From Octopus bimaculoides (lineage: Eukaryota): a stretch of 42,552 bases of DNA. Location of the stretch: positions 86,232,439 through 86,274,990 of the forward strand of contig NC_068990.1 of NCBI RefSeq assembly GCF_001194135.2. Reading direction: 5' to 3'. The notes below the pieces were generated by a model. It saw nothing but the letters and a program-made list of their open reading frames with translations, searched no databases and was not told the origin of the DNA. The position numbers were made by a program, and so were the translations under genes. How positions within the stretch are numbered: the first letter of the stretch is position 1; each line of letters opens with the position of its first letter. Shown here piece after piece: positions 23,215 through 36,169 of the stretch.

Positions 23215-23570
23215 GAAACCTCTTCCCAAGGGATTTGGGCGGATTCCCTCTATTGCTGGAATAACCTCCCCTTGCATCTGCACCGTAATTCTGTATGTTA
23301 ATTCGCCTTTTCGTTTCTAATCACCATACTCCTTGATTTTTCGGGTTTAAACTTCATTGTAGCCCATGTTGTCATGTGTTCAAGTGAAGTGAGCAGCCTT
23401 TCCGCTTTCACATGGCTTGTGGTTTTCACGGTAAGACCAACCATGAACCCTTTATTGGATGTTGTCGGCTGCCTGGATTCCATTGTTGGTGTTTGGGTTT
23501 CTTTATCAGTAACTGACATGAGAAGATTCATTCCCATGATGAAAAGTATGAGAGAAATTGTGCAACCTGT
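23215..23570 (-). pseudogene. Non-LTR retrotransposon reverse transcriptase remnant (HERO/R2-like clade)
   Basis: GCTISLILFIMGMNLL...KGFMVGLTVKTTSHVKAERLL...WATMKFKPEKSRSMVIR, then frameshifted VQMQGEVIPAIEG-NPPKSLGK. The expected catalytic FMDD reads FMVG. Confidence 0.8.
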
Positions 23571-24113
23571 TATGTACACACATATATTTATATACGAATA
23601 TACACTGCATATGTGTGCGTGTGCGCGCATCTGTGTGTGTGTGTGTGTGTGTGTGTGCTGGAAAAAGGTTAGGCAAAAGAAAGCGATAGAAAAACAACCA
23701 AATTTAAAATGATTATTGGAGTCAATTTGTTTGACAAACTCTACAAGGCGGTGCCCCAGCATGATCGCAGTTCGAAACGAGTAAAACAGTACGTGTAAAG
23801 GAAGAACAGATATTTTCACATACACACATACACACACACATATACACACACATACACACAAACACATACGTACATATATATTTTGAGTGAGTGAGTGAGA
23901 GATAGAGAGGGAGTGTGTGTGTGTGTGTATGATAAACTGCGAGTTCACGGGAGTGTATATACATAAAAGATTATGTATGTGAGAGTGTGTATATGTTTAC
24001 GTATAGGAAGGTGTACATAAGTGTGTGTCAAGTAATGGTGAAAAAGTTTTTAACATTTCTATGCATCAGTATACGTGTGTGTATATGTACAAGAGCAAAA
24101 CGTAGACGCATAT

Positions 24114-24114
24114 G

Positions 24115-24160
<46 letters not shown>

Positions 24161-24185
24161 GTAGATAGATGGATAGATAGATAGG

Positions 24186-24248
<63 letters not shown>

Positions 24249-24259
24249 GTAGATAGATG

Positions 24260-24292
<33 letters not shown>

Positions 24293-24303
24293 GTAGATAG
24301 ATG

Positions 24304-24336
<33 letters not shown>

Positions 24337-24350
24337 GTAGATAGATAGAT
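24114..24350. repeat. (GATA)n with recurring GGTA/GATG variants
   Basis: Seen directly; adjacent to an N gap. Confidence 0.95.
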
Positions 24351-25045
24351 ACATTTCTTTTATNNNNNNNNNNNNNNNNNNNNNNNNNNNNNNNNNNNNN
24401 NNNNNNNNNNNNNNNNNNNNNNNNNNNNNNNNNNNNNNNNNNNNNNNNNNNNNNNNNNNNNNNNNNNNNNNNNNNNNNNNNNNNNNNNNNNNNNNNNNNN
24501 NNNNNNNNNNNNNNNNNNNNNNNNNNNNNNNNNNNNNNNNNNNNNNNNNNNNNNNNNNNNNNNNNNNNNNNNNNNNNNNNNNNNNNNNNNNNNNNNNNNN
24601 NNNNNNNNNNNNNNNNNNNNNNNNNNNNNNNNNNNNNNNNNNNNNNNNNNNNNNNNNNNNNNNNNNNNNNNNNNNNNNNNNNNNNNNNNNNNNNNNNNNN
24701 NNNNNNNNNNNNNNNNNNNNNNNNNNNNNNNNNNNNNNNNNNNNNNNNNNNNNNNNNNNNNNNNNNNNNNNNNNNNNNNNNNNNNNNNNNNNNNNNNNNN
24801 NNNNNNNNNNNNNNNNNNNNNNNNNNNNNNNNNNNNNNNNNNNNNNNNNNNNNNNNNNNNNNNNNNNNNNNNNNNNNNNNNNNNNNNNNNNNNNNNNNNN
24901 NNNNNNNNNNNNNNNNNNNNNNNNNNNNNNNNNNNNNNNNNNNNNNNNNNNNNNNNNNNNNNNNNNNNNNNNNNNNNNNNNNNNNNNNNNNNNNNNNNNN
25001 NNNNNNNNNNNNNNNNNNNNNNNNNNNNNNNNNNNNNNNNACATA

Positions 25046-25089
<44 letters not shown>

Positions 25090-25243
25090 CACATATATAT
25101 ACGCATATATATATACATATTCATACTTAGAGAAAAGAGAAAGGAAAGGATACACACACATATATATACATACATATAATTATACATTCATATAAACATA
25201 CAGACATATACATATATATACATACATATACATATATATATAT

Positions 25244-25298
<55 letters not shown>

Positions 25299-26265
25299 GA
25301 AAGATAGAGAATGTATATATCACATCGAGAGGGCGTAATCAAAAGTATGTGACAATGAGAGAGAGAAAGCGCATGTGTATATGTGTGTGTGTGTGTGTAT
25401 AGATGCGTGAGTGATAATGTGTATGTATGTTTGCGTACAGCATAGAACATGCATGTGTGTGAGAAAGATAGAAAAATGTGTGTGAAAGAGATAGAAAGAC
25501 AGAGAGAGAGAGAGAGAGTGTGTGTAAGAGAGTGCATGTGTGTGCCGTAGTACGTCAAAAAAATTAATAGTATATGTGTATGTATGTGTGTGGAAAAAAA
25601 GAGAGGACATTAGGTCAGAGAGAGAGAGAGAGAGGAAGAGAGATAGAGAGAGAGGAAGAGAGAGAGAGAGGAACCGGTAAGGCAGGCGTTAACCAAACTA
25701 ACATACCAAGTTTCCCTGACAACTAGGTCACGAGACCACTTTCCGTTTTATTTCTCCCCTCACTCCCTTTAGTTTCTTTCGTTATAAGCTGTTTCTTTCT
25801 ATATTCCTCTTACTTTCGCTCTCTCCACTTAGCTTCTCTCGCTCTTTCTCTCTCTCTATCTGTCTCTTACTCTATCTTCTACTATTATTTATAATCTTAC
25901 TCTTTCATTTTTCTTCTTAAAGTGTTGGCCTTTCTCTCTCTTTCACAATCGAACCCCTTAATCTGATTATTAAACATTCTCTTCCGTTTAATTCTCACTC
26001 AGTTTCATTCACCACTCTACGCGATCGTCGTTCGACATACTAGAAACAAAAGACCTGGTGATCACGGCTGGTTTAAACGTAGAATTACTCAATCAGGACT
26101 GTCCTATGGTTAAACAACGACAACAACAACACACTCTTCCGTTAAAACTTTCATCTCAACCACATTGTTCCATCTCTCCTTCTTTCTTTCTTCTATTTTC
26201 TCATTAACTCTCCCTTCCGTAAAACTTGCCTTTCACTTTCACTCAATACAAACATTCTCTCTCTT

Positions 26266-26580
26266 GGTCTCACTCAACTCTCATTGTAAACTCTCTCTCT
26301 CAGTCTCACTCAACTCTCATTGTAAACTCTCTCTCTCAGTCTCACTCAACTCTCATTGTAAACTCTCTCTCTCAGTCTCACTCAACTCTCATTGTAAACT
26401 CTCTCTCTCAGTCTCATTCAANNNNNNNNNNGGTCTCACTCAACTCTCATTGTAAACTCTCTCTCTCAGTCTCACTCAACTCTCATTGTAAACTCTCTCT
26501 CTCAGTCTCACTCAACTCTCATTGTAAACTCTCTCTCTCAGTTTCACTCAACTCTCATTGTAAACTCTCTCTCTCTCTTT
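26266..26580. repeat. 36-bp minisatellite, ~8 copies (cagtctcactcaactctcattgtaaactctctctct)
   Basis: Near-identical tandem units with no spacers; a 10-N gap lies inside, so copy number is uncertain. Confidence 0.95.
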
Positions 26581-27446
26581 CTCTTTGTGACTTCACTTTT
26601 ACTATAAACGCTCACGTATTCTTCACTTAAAACTTCTCACTTCTACTCATTATTTTAGTCTCACTCTCTCTCTCTCCTTTACCCTCTCTCTCTCTCCTTT
26701 ACCCTCTCTCTCTCCTTTACCCTCTCTCTCACTCCCTTACCCTCTCTCCCCTTCTCTCTCTCACTTCCCTCGCCTTTTCACTCATAAAACCTCATTTTTC
26801 TCTTACTCATTACTCTTAGTCTTTCTTTCGTCGTTTGCATGTCTCTCATTTTTTTTTGTTCTGCACAAACTCTTGTTTTACGCCATTTCGTGGTGCTTTT
26901 TCTCCTTTCCGTTCTCCCTTTCTATTGCAAACAGACTTCGTTGTGCAGTTAACAAACACGTGGGTCTGGACGAGTATCTTCTATTCTGTAGTTACGTACA
27001 GGTCATATTTATTGCGATGAGCTGAAAATTTTTTATTAATCAATCGAAAATTAATAAGCAATGTAAACCTTTCTAAAAAAAAGGGGGGGGGGGCTAAAAA
27101 AAGAACTATCGGTGTTTCAATTCATTAAGAATTAATGGAGTAGTGCCGGAGTGGGGAATGTAATATTTGGCTTCTGTGGAAAACTCCACGTTTCTGGCTT
27201 ATTAAAACCTCTTCAGCAAAGCATGGTCATCAGAGCTTGTGTGCTCATGGAAACGTATGAAAACACGCGCACGCACCCCCACCCCCCACGTATGTACGTG
27301 CGTACATATGAAAGCACGTATGTATGTATGCATGTATGTATGTATGTATGCATGTATGCATGTATGTATGTATGTATGTATGTATGTGAATCTCATGAAT
27401 TCTATTTTCTTTCTCTTTCTCTCTTATGTTATATAAAGGTTGTGAA

Positions 27447-27632
27447 GTCGCGTGGCTTAGTGGGTAGGGTATTCGGCTCACGATCGTAAGGTCGTGGGTT
27501 CAATTCCCGGCGACGCATTGTGTCCTTGAAAAAGACGCTTTATCTCTCGTTACTCCAGTCCACTCAGCTGGCAAAAATGAGTAGTACCTGTATTTCAAAG
27601 GGCCTACCTTATCGCAGTCTGTGTCATGCACT
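27447..27632 (+). mobile_element. SINE family D head/body with a family C-like 3' segment
   Basis: A/B boxes (gtggcttagtgg, gggttcaattccc); ctccagtccactcagctggcaaaaatgagta, then gtacctgtatttcaaagggcc. Confidence 0.85.
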
Positions 27633-27954
27633 GGCATAGCTAGAGTGTGTGCTACTGGGGTGACCCTCGTAACGCAAAGGGAGAGAGAAAGAGAGAAGAA
27701 TGAACAAGTATTTCGTTGGTTAACCCCAGAGAGATTAAAGGTTAAGTTGACCTTGAAGGGATTTATTGACTCCAGAAAGATTAAAGGCTAAATTAACCTT
27801 TGTAAGATATACCGACTTCAGAAGGATAAAGAAGCTATGTCGATGTTGGTGGGATTTGAACTCAGAATCCAGAGGGCTCTAAAAACTCTGCTAACTCATC
27901 ACCTTGCTTACAAAATATTCAGCGAAACATTCGAACGATCATTCTTTCATTCTT

Positions 27955-28175
27955 TCATTCTTTTATCTGTTTCAGTCATTTGACTGCGGCCATGCTGGAG
28001 CATCGCCTTTAGTCGAAGAAATCGACCTCAGGACTTATTCTTTGTAAGCCTAGTACTTATTCTGTCGGTGTCTTTTGCCAAACCACTAAGTTACGAGGAT
28101 GTAAAAACACCAACATTGTCAAGTGATGGTGATGGTGCTGATGGTGGTGGTGGTGGTGGTGGGGACAAACTCAGA
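27955..28175 (-). mobile_element. SINE family A, 3' half
   Basis: ttcagtcatttgactgcggccatgctggagcatcgcc...aggacttattctttgtaagcctagtac. Confidence 0.9.
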
Positions 28176-28685
28176 CACACACACACATAAACCTCTTTTC
28201 GGGTTACCTTCATTTCTTCTCAACCTCTAACTTTAATCCCCTGTCTCTTTATACCTAGGTTATATGTTTTATTATTTTCTATAAATTCTTACTATTTTCT
28301 TTTCTTATTTTGATATCCTTACTTATTAACCTCTTATCCCTTATAAATTGTGATTTTTCTTGTTCTTAAATAGATATTTCTCAGTTACTTAAGTCTATGC
28401 GAGATATTTATACTATATCCATACAAACGTATAAATATTTGTGTATGTGTATATATGCATATATGCACATATATAAATGTGTGTGTATCTGTATACACTT
28501 TTACACTTTTCTGATTCATGGCTTAAAACTAATAGATAGCATGTATATCTTTCCAGTTATTCCATATGGAAATACCTTGAGCAGTCTTTATAGAAACCAC
28601 CCAATAAGTAATTAAGTACACGAGTGGATATTAATATGATTCTATGTAATCTTCCTTTTTAATGTTTATAATTGATATATACACA

Positions 28686-28741
28686 CTAGTTTATAAAAAA
28701 AAAATACAAAAATCTTTCTATAGAACTGCGCTTCGCAGTTC
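28686..28741 (-). mobile_element. Helitron-like 3' terminus (hairpin plus CTAG|T)
   Basis: Minus strand gaactgcg-aag-cgcagttc (8-bp stem), ~33 nt, then CTAG followed by T. The spacing is longer than usual. Confidence 0.45.
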
Positions 28742-29221
28742 CAGCGACGCGGTGTTTGGCTGTCGTGAGCATGCTCACATGTCCAAGACAGGAAGCTTCA
28801 TGCTAGGGAGAAAGAGCACTGTTGTTCACGCAGTGCCGGTGAAAGATAATGTTTCTTTATGACTTCGTCTGTGTTGTGCTTAAAAACGTCTTTATATTCT
28901 TGAAAGTAATAAAGTTTAGAATTAGATAATTATCCTGCTTCCAGCTTCTGTGTTGCAGCCAGGATTTGAGAAATAGGGCAGATCTCCCCCTTATTTTGTG
29001 ATTTAGGTGTGGGGGGCATTTTTGAAAAACAAGGGGTAATTCTCGGTGATGTTCAGTGAACAAATTAAACACAATACCCGACAGTGGATAAAACGCGAAC
29101 TGATCAAGTTTATGTATAAATATTCTTTTTGTATGTTTGTTTTCTTTTATACAATATTAAAACAATGCCTAAAGATTTCTGAAGTAGCACCTCCACTAAT
29201 TTTATCTACGAGCCGCCACAG

Positions 29222-29270
29222 CCTAACCCTAACCCTAACCCTAACACTGAACCCTAAACCTAAACACTAG
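29222..29270. repeat. Short (CCCTAA)n telomere-like array
   Basis: cctaaccctaaccctaaccctaacactgaaccctaaacctaaacactag. Confidence 0.9.
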
Positions 29271-29758
29271 GTGTGCGTATTCTTTACCTTCGCCAAAAAT
29301 GTTATAGCTTTAGAATTACACATATATGAGGATACCAAAATCTTTTAAGTGCTTAGGGCCTCTGTGGGTCTTCATGTGGCCTTGCAGCCATGGGAAAATT
29401 AAAAACAAAGTCGACTCTGACGAAATTTGAACTCAGAACGTTTGACAGCGAGAAGCCACGGGAAATGTCAGTTAAACATGTCTCATATCTCATTCTGCGG
29501 TTTAAAAAAATAATGTAATCCTAAAACTATACCGTGCATTATAAAGGAAAAGAAAAAAGAGAAAAACAAACGGTATGGTCACGATTGGAATATCTTTGAT
29601 TAAAGGCCTGTTCATTCAAGGATGACCTGGGACTAAACGATAAAAAGGTGAGGTGGCACAGCTGAAATACCTTTCAGGATAATTGTACTTAGGGATTATC
29701 CGGACTATACAAGAGAGGAACCCTACGATAGGACAAGGCTGACAACCATAACATGCAA

Positions 29759-29802
<44 letters not shown>

Positions 29803-29904
29803 TACACACACGCACGCACAGATTTCAGGGTTAAAATGCAGTTCAGCTCGCAAAAAAAACAAAAGTTTAACGACTAGAGGTGATGATACTGGCATCCCAG
29901 CGAC

Positions 29905-30090
29905 TCAGACAAAATACATAGCGGTATTCCCCCCCCCCACCCCGGCTTTACTTTTTGAGATCAAATCCTGCCAGAGGCATCTTTGTTTTGTATCCTATCG
30001 GTGTCGATAAAATAAGTACCAGCTGAGCACTGGAATCGACGAAAAACCTTCTCTGTAAAAATTGCTGGCTTTGCGCCAAAATTTGAAATC
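29905..30090 (+). mobile_element. SINE family B, degenerate
   Basis: aaatacatagcggtattcc...gtcgataaaataagtaccagctgagcactgg...aaaattgctggctttgcgccaaaatttgaa. Confidence 0.75.
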
Positions 30091-30559
30091 ATTAACAGAA
30101 CCCACTTTCTATGCCGCGTCTACAAGCACCAAAATCGTTACTTGTATAGCACTTTCTAGTGATATAGATATTCCAAAGTATTTCAGAAATAGCAGTATGT
30201 TACGACGTACTAAACTCAGTACAAACAGAACTGTTTTCATCTAGAAAATACGTACGGTTTTCGTGCCATATGTACGTTTTTATAGGTTGGTTACGTAAAT
30301 ATTCATGAGATTATAAGGATGCCACTGGGGGTCACTTCCGGTCAATTTACTTGAACTTTTTTTTTTAAAACCCTTCTACTGCAAGTTAACAGATATCTGT
30401 GCATGTCTGGTGTCTACGTTACCTGAGGAGGAGAAATAAAGTAAACCCTAGTAGGATTTGAACTCAGACCGCACAAGTTCTCAATAAAAAGCAGTTTGGA
30501 ATTTCAGTCCAGTCTAGCTTTTCTTCCACGCCACTTATAACCATGTGTTTGGCTCGTTG

Positions 30560-31140
30560 AATGTCCTTATGTTTCTGTCTATATCACACGCTATTTATTA
30601 CTTACAATTCTTCATCTTTCTCGCCTTCTCTCTCACTCATTCTTATTTACTCTATATCTTTCTTTCTATCACTCACACTTTATTACTCTTTCGCCCTCTC
30701 ATTCTTTATTACGCAATCACACTACACTTGCCTCACTACCCTCCCCCCCCTCTCTCTCTCTATCTCTCTATCTCTCTCTCTCTCTATATATATATATATC
30801 TCCCTCTTACTGTCACTCATTCCATCACCCTCCAGTTCCACTGCCGTCGCCGCCGCCGCCGCCGCCACCACCTCTGTCCACCCACCTTCACCACCACTCT
30901 CTCTCCCACCCAACCTTATATTTCTATCTCCGCATTTTTTTCCACCCAGGGCGTGGTTCTCTACTTCTGTCACCTCTACCCCCGTCTTCTTCCTCCCATC
31001 CCATCACTCCACGTGGCACCCCATCCCCTTCCTCTTGACTTTTACCCTACACTTTCTCCCCCTCTCCCCCTCTTTCTCCTTCCTTATCATTCTCCACTTT
31101 AACCCCCCCTCCTCATTCTCGCTACTGCCTCACACTACCA
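30560..31140. repeat. Polypyrimidine tract with (CT)n and (CCG)n
   Basis: Seen directly. Confidence 0.85.
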
Positions 31141-31189
31141 CTCACACTCGGCTTCCAGTCGAAATAGATATTTTAAGCTTTTAGCGGCA

Positions 31190-31584
31190 AACATTTTGCA
31201 TGTGTATGTGTCTGTAGTTGTGTCTGAATGTGTGTATGCGTGTGTGTGTGAATGTGTATGCTTGCATGTCTGTATGTGTATTCATGTTTCGGTACAAGTA
31301 TGTATACGTGTTTGTTTGTGTGTAAAAGTGTGTTTCGGTATGAGAGTGTGTATGTATACGTATATGTGTGTGTGTGTGTGTCAATCGGTATGTTTGTATA
31401 TGTGTGCGCATGTTTCGGCATGAATATGTGTGTATGTGTGTGAATTTGCATGTTTGCGTGATTGTGTGTGTGTGTGTATATGTATATTTTAGCACGAACG
31501 TATGTGTATATATATTTATGTATGTTTGCGTGTGTGTGTTTGTCTGTGTGCATGTTAGTGTATATACGTGTTTCGGCATGAAAG

Positions 31585-31642
<58 letters not shown>

Positions 31643-32100
31643 TGTGCGTAAACTAGCTGCTTGACTTTGTGTGTGTGTGTTTGTACATATTTATATAATT
31701 GTGTGTGTGTGTGTACCTGTTCGTTTGTGTATGTGTGCCCACTAATGTATGTGCATATGTGACTATGGGATTTGTCTTTTAGTGAGTTAGCATGTTTCTT
31801 TTGTGCATGTAAGGACTATGTGTGTGCGCGCGTGTTCGTTTGTGCATGTGGGCCATTGATATACGTATATGAGTGTGTGTGTGTGTGTGTGTCGCAAAGT
31901 CTCTACGAGTGTGATGGACTTTTGGCGAGTAAACATTTACTTGGTAGTGTGTACGTGTGTGAGTGTGCGTCTATGTGTATATATAAAAACGTGTGTGTGT
32001 GTTAGCATGTTTGAATGCGCGTCTGGTTGCACTAAAATAAATGAGAATGTTTCTGTGTTTGTGTGAGCGCGTGTGGTTGCGTGTGTTACGTGAGCATGTC
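31190..32100. repeat. Long cryptic (TG/TA)-rich low-complexity region
   Basis: Seen directly; source of many spurious Cys/Val- and His/Thr-rich ORFs. Confidence 0.9.
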
Positions 32101-32319
32101 AGCCTCTGAAGCCTGTCTCTGCGTGTGCGAACACGTGTTTTTGTATATGTTTAAGACTATTTCCGATTGTTTTGTATTTGTGGGAGCGAATAGCAATACT
32201 TAATGAAACTCGGGGTATTAATAGAGTGATCATAGCACGTCTCATGAGACTGGACTCGGTCTTTTCGGCGTATACGTGACCGAGATCACAAAATTTCCCC
32301 TGTTGATTGTAAGGGTCAA

Positions 32320-32515
32320 GGCGAATAATTTTGAAGGGCAGGAGCAAATCGATTGCACCAATTCCACTACTTAACTGGTACTTTAATTTTATCGATCCCG
32401 AAGGGATGAAACGCAAAGCTGACCTCAACGGGATTTGAACTCAGAACGCTAAGAGACGGGAGAAATGCAGTATTTTGCCCGGCGATAAATGCGGTATTTT
32501 GCCCAGCTCGCCGTC
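32320..32515 (-). mobile_element. SINE family B
   Basis: aactggtactttaattttatcgatcccgaagggatgaaacgcaaag...ggatttgaactcagaacg...cagctcgccgtc. Confidence 0.85.
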
Positions 32516-32736
32516 TTGGTTAAAACTAATGATAGAATGTATGTATGTGTATATATATTTTATGATTCCGCTTAGCCATAGCTGCAGTTAGAAGTTAATA
32601 TATGATATTGCTAACCGTACAGTTGTACAAGCACTAGATTGTAAGCTAACGGTTCTGCATAGCAGAAACAACTGTAAGCTAATGAATGTGATTGCGTAAC
32701 TTCTGTCGTTTTGTCATACATTTATTAATTAATAGA

Positions 32737-32768
<32 letters not shown>

Positions 32769-33087
32769 NNNNNNNNNNNNNNNNNNNNNNNNNNNNNNNN
32801 NNNNNNNNNNNNNNNNNNNNNNNNNNNNNNNNNNNNNNNNNNNNNNNNNNNNNNNNNNNNNNNNNNNNNNNNNNNNNNNNNNNNNNNNNNNNNNNNNNNN
32901 NNNNNNNNNNNNNNNNNNNNNNNNNNNNNNNNNNNNNNNNNNNNNNNNNNNNNNNNNNNNNNNNNNNNNNNNNNNNNNNNNNNNNNNNNNNNNNNNNNNN
33001 NNNNNNNNNNNNNNNNNNNNNNNNNNNNNNNNNNNNNNNNNNNNNNNNNNNNNNNNNNNNNNNNNNNNNNNNNNNNNNNNNNNNNNN

Positions 33088-33121
<34 letters not shown>

Positions 33122-33124
33122 GGC

Positions 33125-33288
33125 GCACCTGTAGATGTGTGGTTAAGAAGTTTGCTTTGCAACCACGTGGTTTCGGGTTCAGTTCCATGATGTGGCAACT
33201 TGGACAAGTGTCTTTTACTACAGCCTCGGCGCAACCAATGCCTTGTGGTTGAATTTGGTTGATGGGAATCGTGCGAAATCCTGTTGTG

Positions 33289-33329
<41 letters not shown>

Positions 33330-33470
33330 GTGTGTGGTGGGGTGTGAGTGTTTGTCTCCCCCTCTCCACCACTTGACAACCAGTGTTGGTTTGTTTATGA
33401 CCCCGTAAACTAGAGATTAATAGAATAATTACCAGACTCAAAGAAAATAAACACTTCTGTGGATTGTCCA
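33125..33470 (+). mobile_element. SINE family A with internal (TATC)n microsatellite
   Basis: Head gtggttaagaagtttgc...gggttcagttcc...ggcaacttggacaagtgtc; (ctat)n; then acttgacaaccagtgttgg. Confidence 0.8.
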
Positions 33471-34764
33471 AACCCACCCGCGATATGTTATGTTCCAAAC
33501 CCACCCGCGATAGATGAAAATCCGCGAAGTAGAAACAGTACTGTACTGTATATTTTAAAAAATTATTTTTATAATTTGTATATATTTATTTTATTGCAAA
33601 TGCAAAACAACCCCACGGAGGAATCGACGTAAGCTTAACCCCTTACCTGCCATGAGCCCCATTTAGGGATCTGCTAAAAACAGTCTCACTTCCGGTTGGT
33701 TGTTGTATTTAAAATGAATTGCTTATGTGCATTGCATTTGCAGAGGTGTGTTTAACAATATTTAGTAGTTAANNNNNNNNNNNNNNNNNNNNNNNNNNNN
33801 NNNNNNNNNNNNNNNNNNNNNNNNNNNNNNNNNNNNNNNNNNNNNNNNNNNNNNNNNNNNNNNNNNNNNNNNNNNNNNNNNNNNNNNNNNNNNNNNNNNN
33901 NNNNNNNNNNNNNNNNNNNNNNNNNNNNNNNNNNNNNNNNNNNNNNNNNNNNNNNNNNNNNNNNNNNNNNNNNNNNNNNNNNNNNNNNNNNNNNNNNNNN
34001 NNNNNNNNNNNNNNNNNNNNNNNNNNNNNNNNNNNNNNNNNNNNNNNNNNNNNNNNNNNNNNNNNNNNNNNNNNNNNNNNNNNNNNNNNNNNNNNNNNNN
34101 NNNNNNNNNNNNNNNNNNNNNNNNNNNNNNNNNNNNNNNNNNNNNNNNNNNNNNNNNNNNNNNNNNNNNNNNNNNNNNNNNNNNNNNNNNNNNNNNNNNN
34201 NNNNNNNNNNNNNNNNNNNNNNNNNNNNNNNNNNNNNNNNNNNNNNNNNNNNNNNNNNNNNNNNNNNNNNNNNNNNNNNNNNNNNNNNNNNNNNNNNNNN
34301 NNNNNNNNNNNNNNNNNNNNNNNNNNNNNNNNNNNNNNNNNNNNNNNNNNNNNNNNNNNNNNNNNNNNNNNNNNNNNNNNNNNNNNNNNNNNNNNNNNNN
34401 NNNNNNNNNNNNNNNNNNNNNNNNNNNNNNNNNNNNNNNNNNNNNNNNNNNNNNNNNNNNNNNNNNNNNNNNNNNNNNNNNNNNNNNNNNNNNNNNNNNN
34501 NNNNNNNNNNNNNNNNNNNNNNNNNNNNNNNNNNNNNNNNNNNNNNNNNNNNNNNNNNNNNNNNNNNNNNNNNNNNNNNNNNNNNNNNNNNNNNNNNNNN
34601 NNNNNNNNNNNNNNNNNNNNNNNNNNNNNNNNNNNNNNNNNNNNNNNNNNNNNNNNNNNNNNNNNNNNNNNNNNNNNNNNNNNNNNNNNNNNNNNNNNNN
34701 NNNNNNNNNNNNNNNNNNNNNNNNNNNNNNNNNNNNNNNNNNNNNNNNNNNNNNNNNNNNNNNN

Positions 34765-34808
<44 letters not shown>

Positions 34809-36012
34809 GCGTACGCACAGAAAGTTAAACAGATTGGTAGATGTGTGTTCGTTTTGCAAGGTAGTTGATGGTGAAATCCTGTGTTGAAACAGATGTACGT
34901 CGGGAAGGGAAGAGCGGGGTACATTTGCCAATAAAAAGGGTCGTGTAGGCTACGTTCAACTTATTTTTATTATTATCATCAGTCAACTACTTTCACTAAT
35001 TAGTAAATTAGCAAATCAATTATTTAATCAATCATCAATCAAACAGTTAGGTCTGTTATTATCACTTGACTGATTATAATAAAAAGAAGTGAAATACAAC
35101 TAGTGTGTGATATAATTGGCAAAATGACCCTCCCAAAGGGCAAGAAACCGATCCTTTCTCTATTGGGAAAAATCTTGAAAAGCAACTAAATAATAACACA
35201 CACACACACACACTCACACAAAACATATATATATATATATATATATATACATACATATNNNNNNNNNNNNNNNNNNNNNNNNNNNNNNNNNNNNNNNNNN
35301 NNNNNNNNNNNNNNNNNNNNNNNNNNNNNNNNNNNNNNNNNNNNNNNNNNNNNNNNNNNNNNNNNNNNNNNNNNNNNNNNNNNNNNNNNNNNNNNNNNNN
35401 NNNNNNNNNNNNNNNNNNNNNNNNNNNNNNNNNNNNNNNNNNNNNNNNNNNNNNNNNNNNNNNNNNNNNNNNNNNNNNNNNNNNNNNNNNNNNNNNNNNN
35501 NNNNNNNNNNNNNNNNNNNNNNNNNNNNNNNNNNNNNNNNNNNNNNNNNNNNNNNNNNNNNNNNNNNNNNNNNNNNNNNNNNNNNNNNNNNNNNNNNNNN
35601 NNNNNNNNNNNNNNNNNNNNNNNNNNNNNNNNNNNNNNNNNNNNNNNNNNNNNNNNNNNNNNNNNNNNNNNNNNNNNNNNNNNNNNNNNNNNNNNNNNNN
35701 NNNNNNNNNNNNNNNNNNNNNNNNNNNNNNNNNNNNNNNNNNNNNNNNNNNNNNNNNNNNNNNNNNNNNNNNNNNNNNNNNNNNNNNNNNNNNNNNNNNN
35801 NNNNNNNNNNNNNNNNNNNNNNNNNNNNNNNNNNNNNNNNNNNNNNNNNNNNNNNNNNNNNNNNNNNNNNNNNNNNNNNNNNNNNNNNNNNNNNNNNNNN
35901 NNNNNNNNNNNNNNNNNNNNNNNNNNNNNNNNNNNNNNNNNNNNNNNNNNNNNNNNNNNNNNNNNNNNNNNNNNNNNNNNNNNNNNNNNNNNNNNNNNNN
36001 NNNNNNNNNNNA

Positions 36013-36069
<57 letters not shown>

Positions 36070-36169
36070 ATTCCCGCCAATGTAATCAACACAAATGCAT
36101 TCTCCATGCAACATCACGATTTCCAGGCACAACACAGAGATTTGAGTTAGCATGAATATTGCCCAAACC

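Noticed and set aside
26266-26580. 36-bp repeat as a CRISPR array or repeat protein
   Set aside because: No unique spacers, no cas genes, eukaryotic context, and no splice or codon support.
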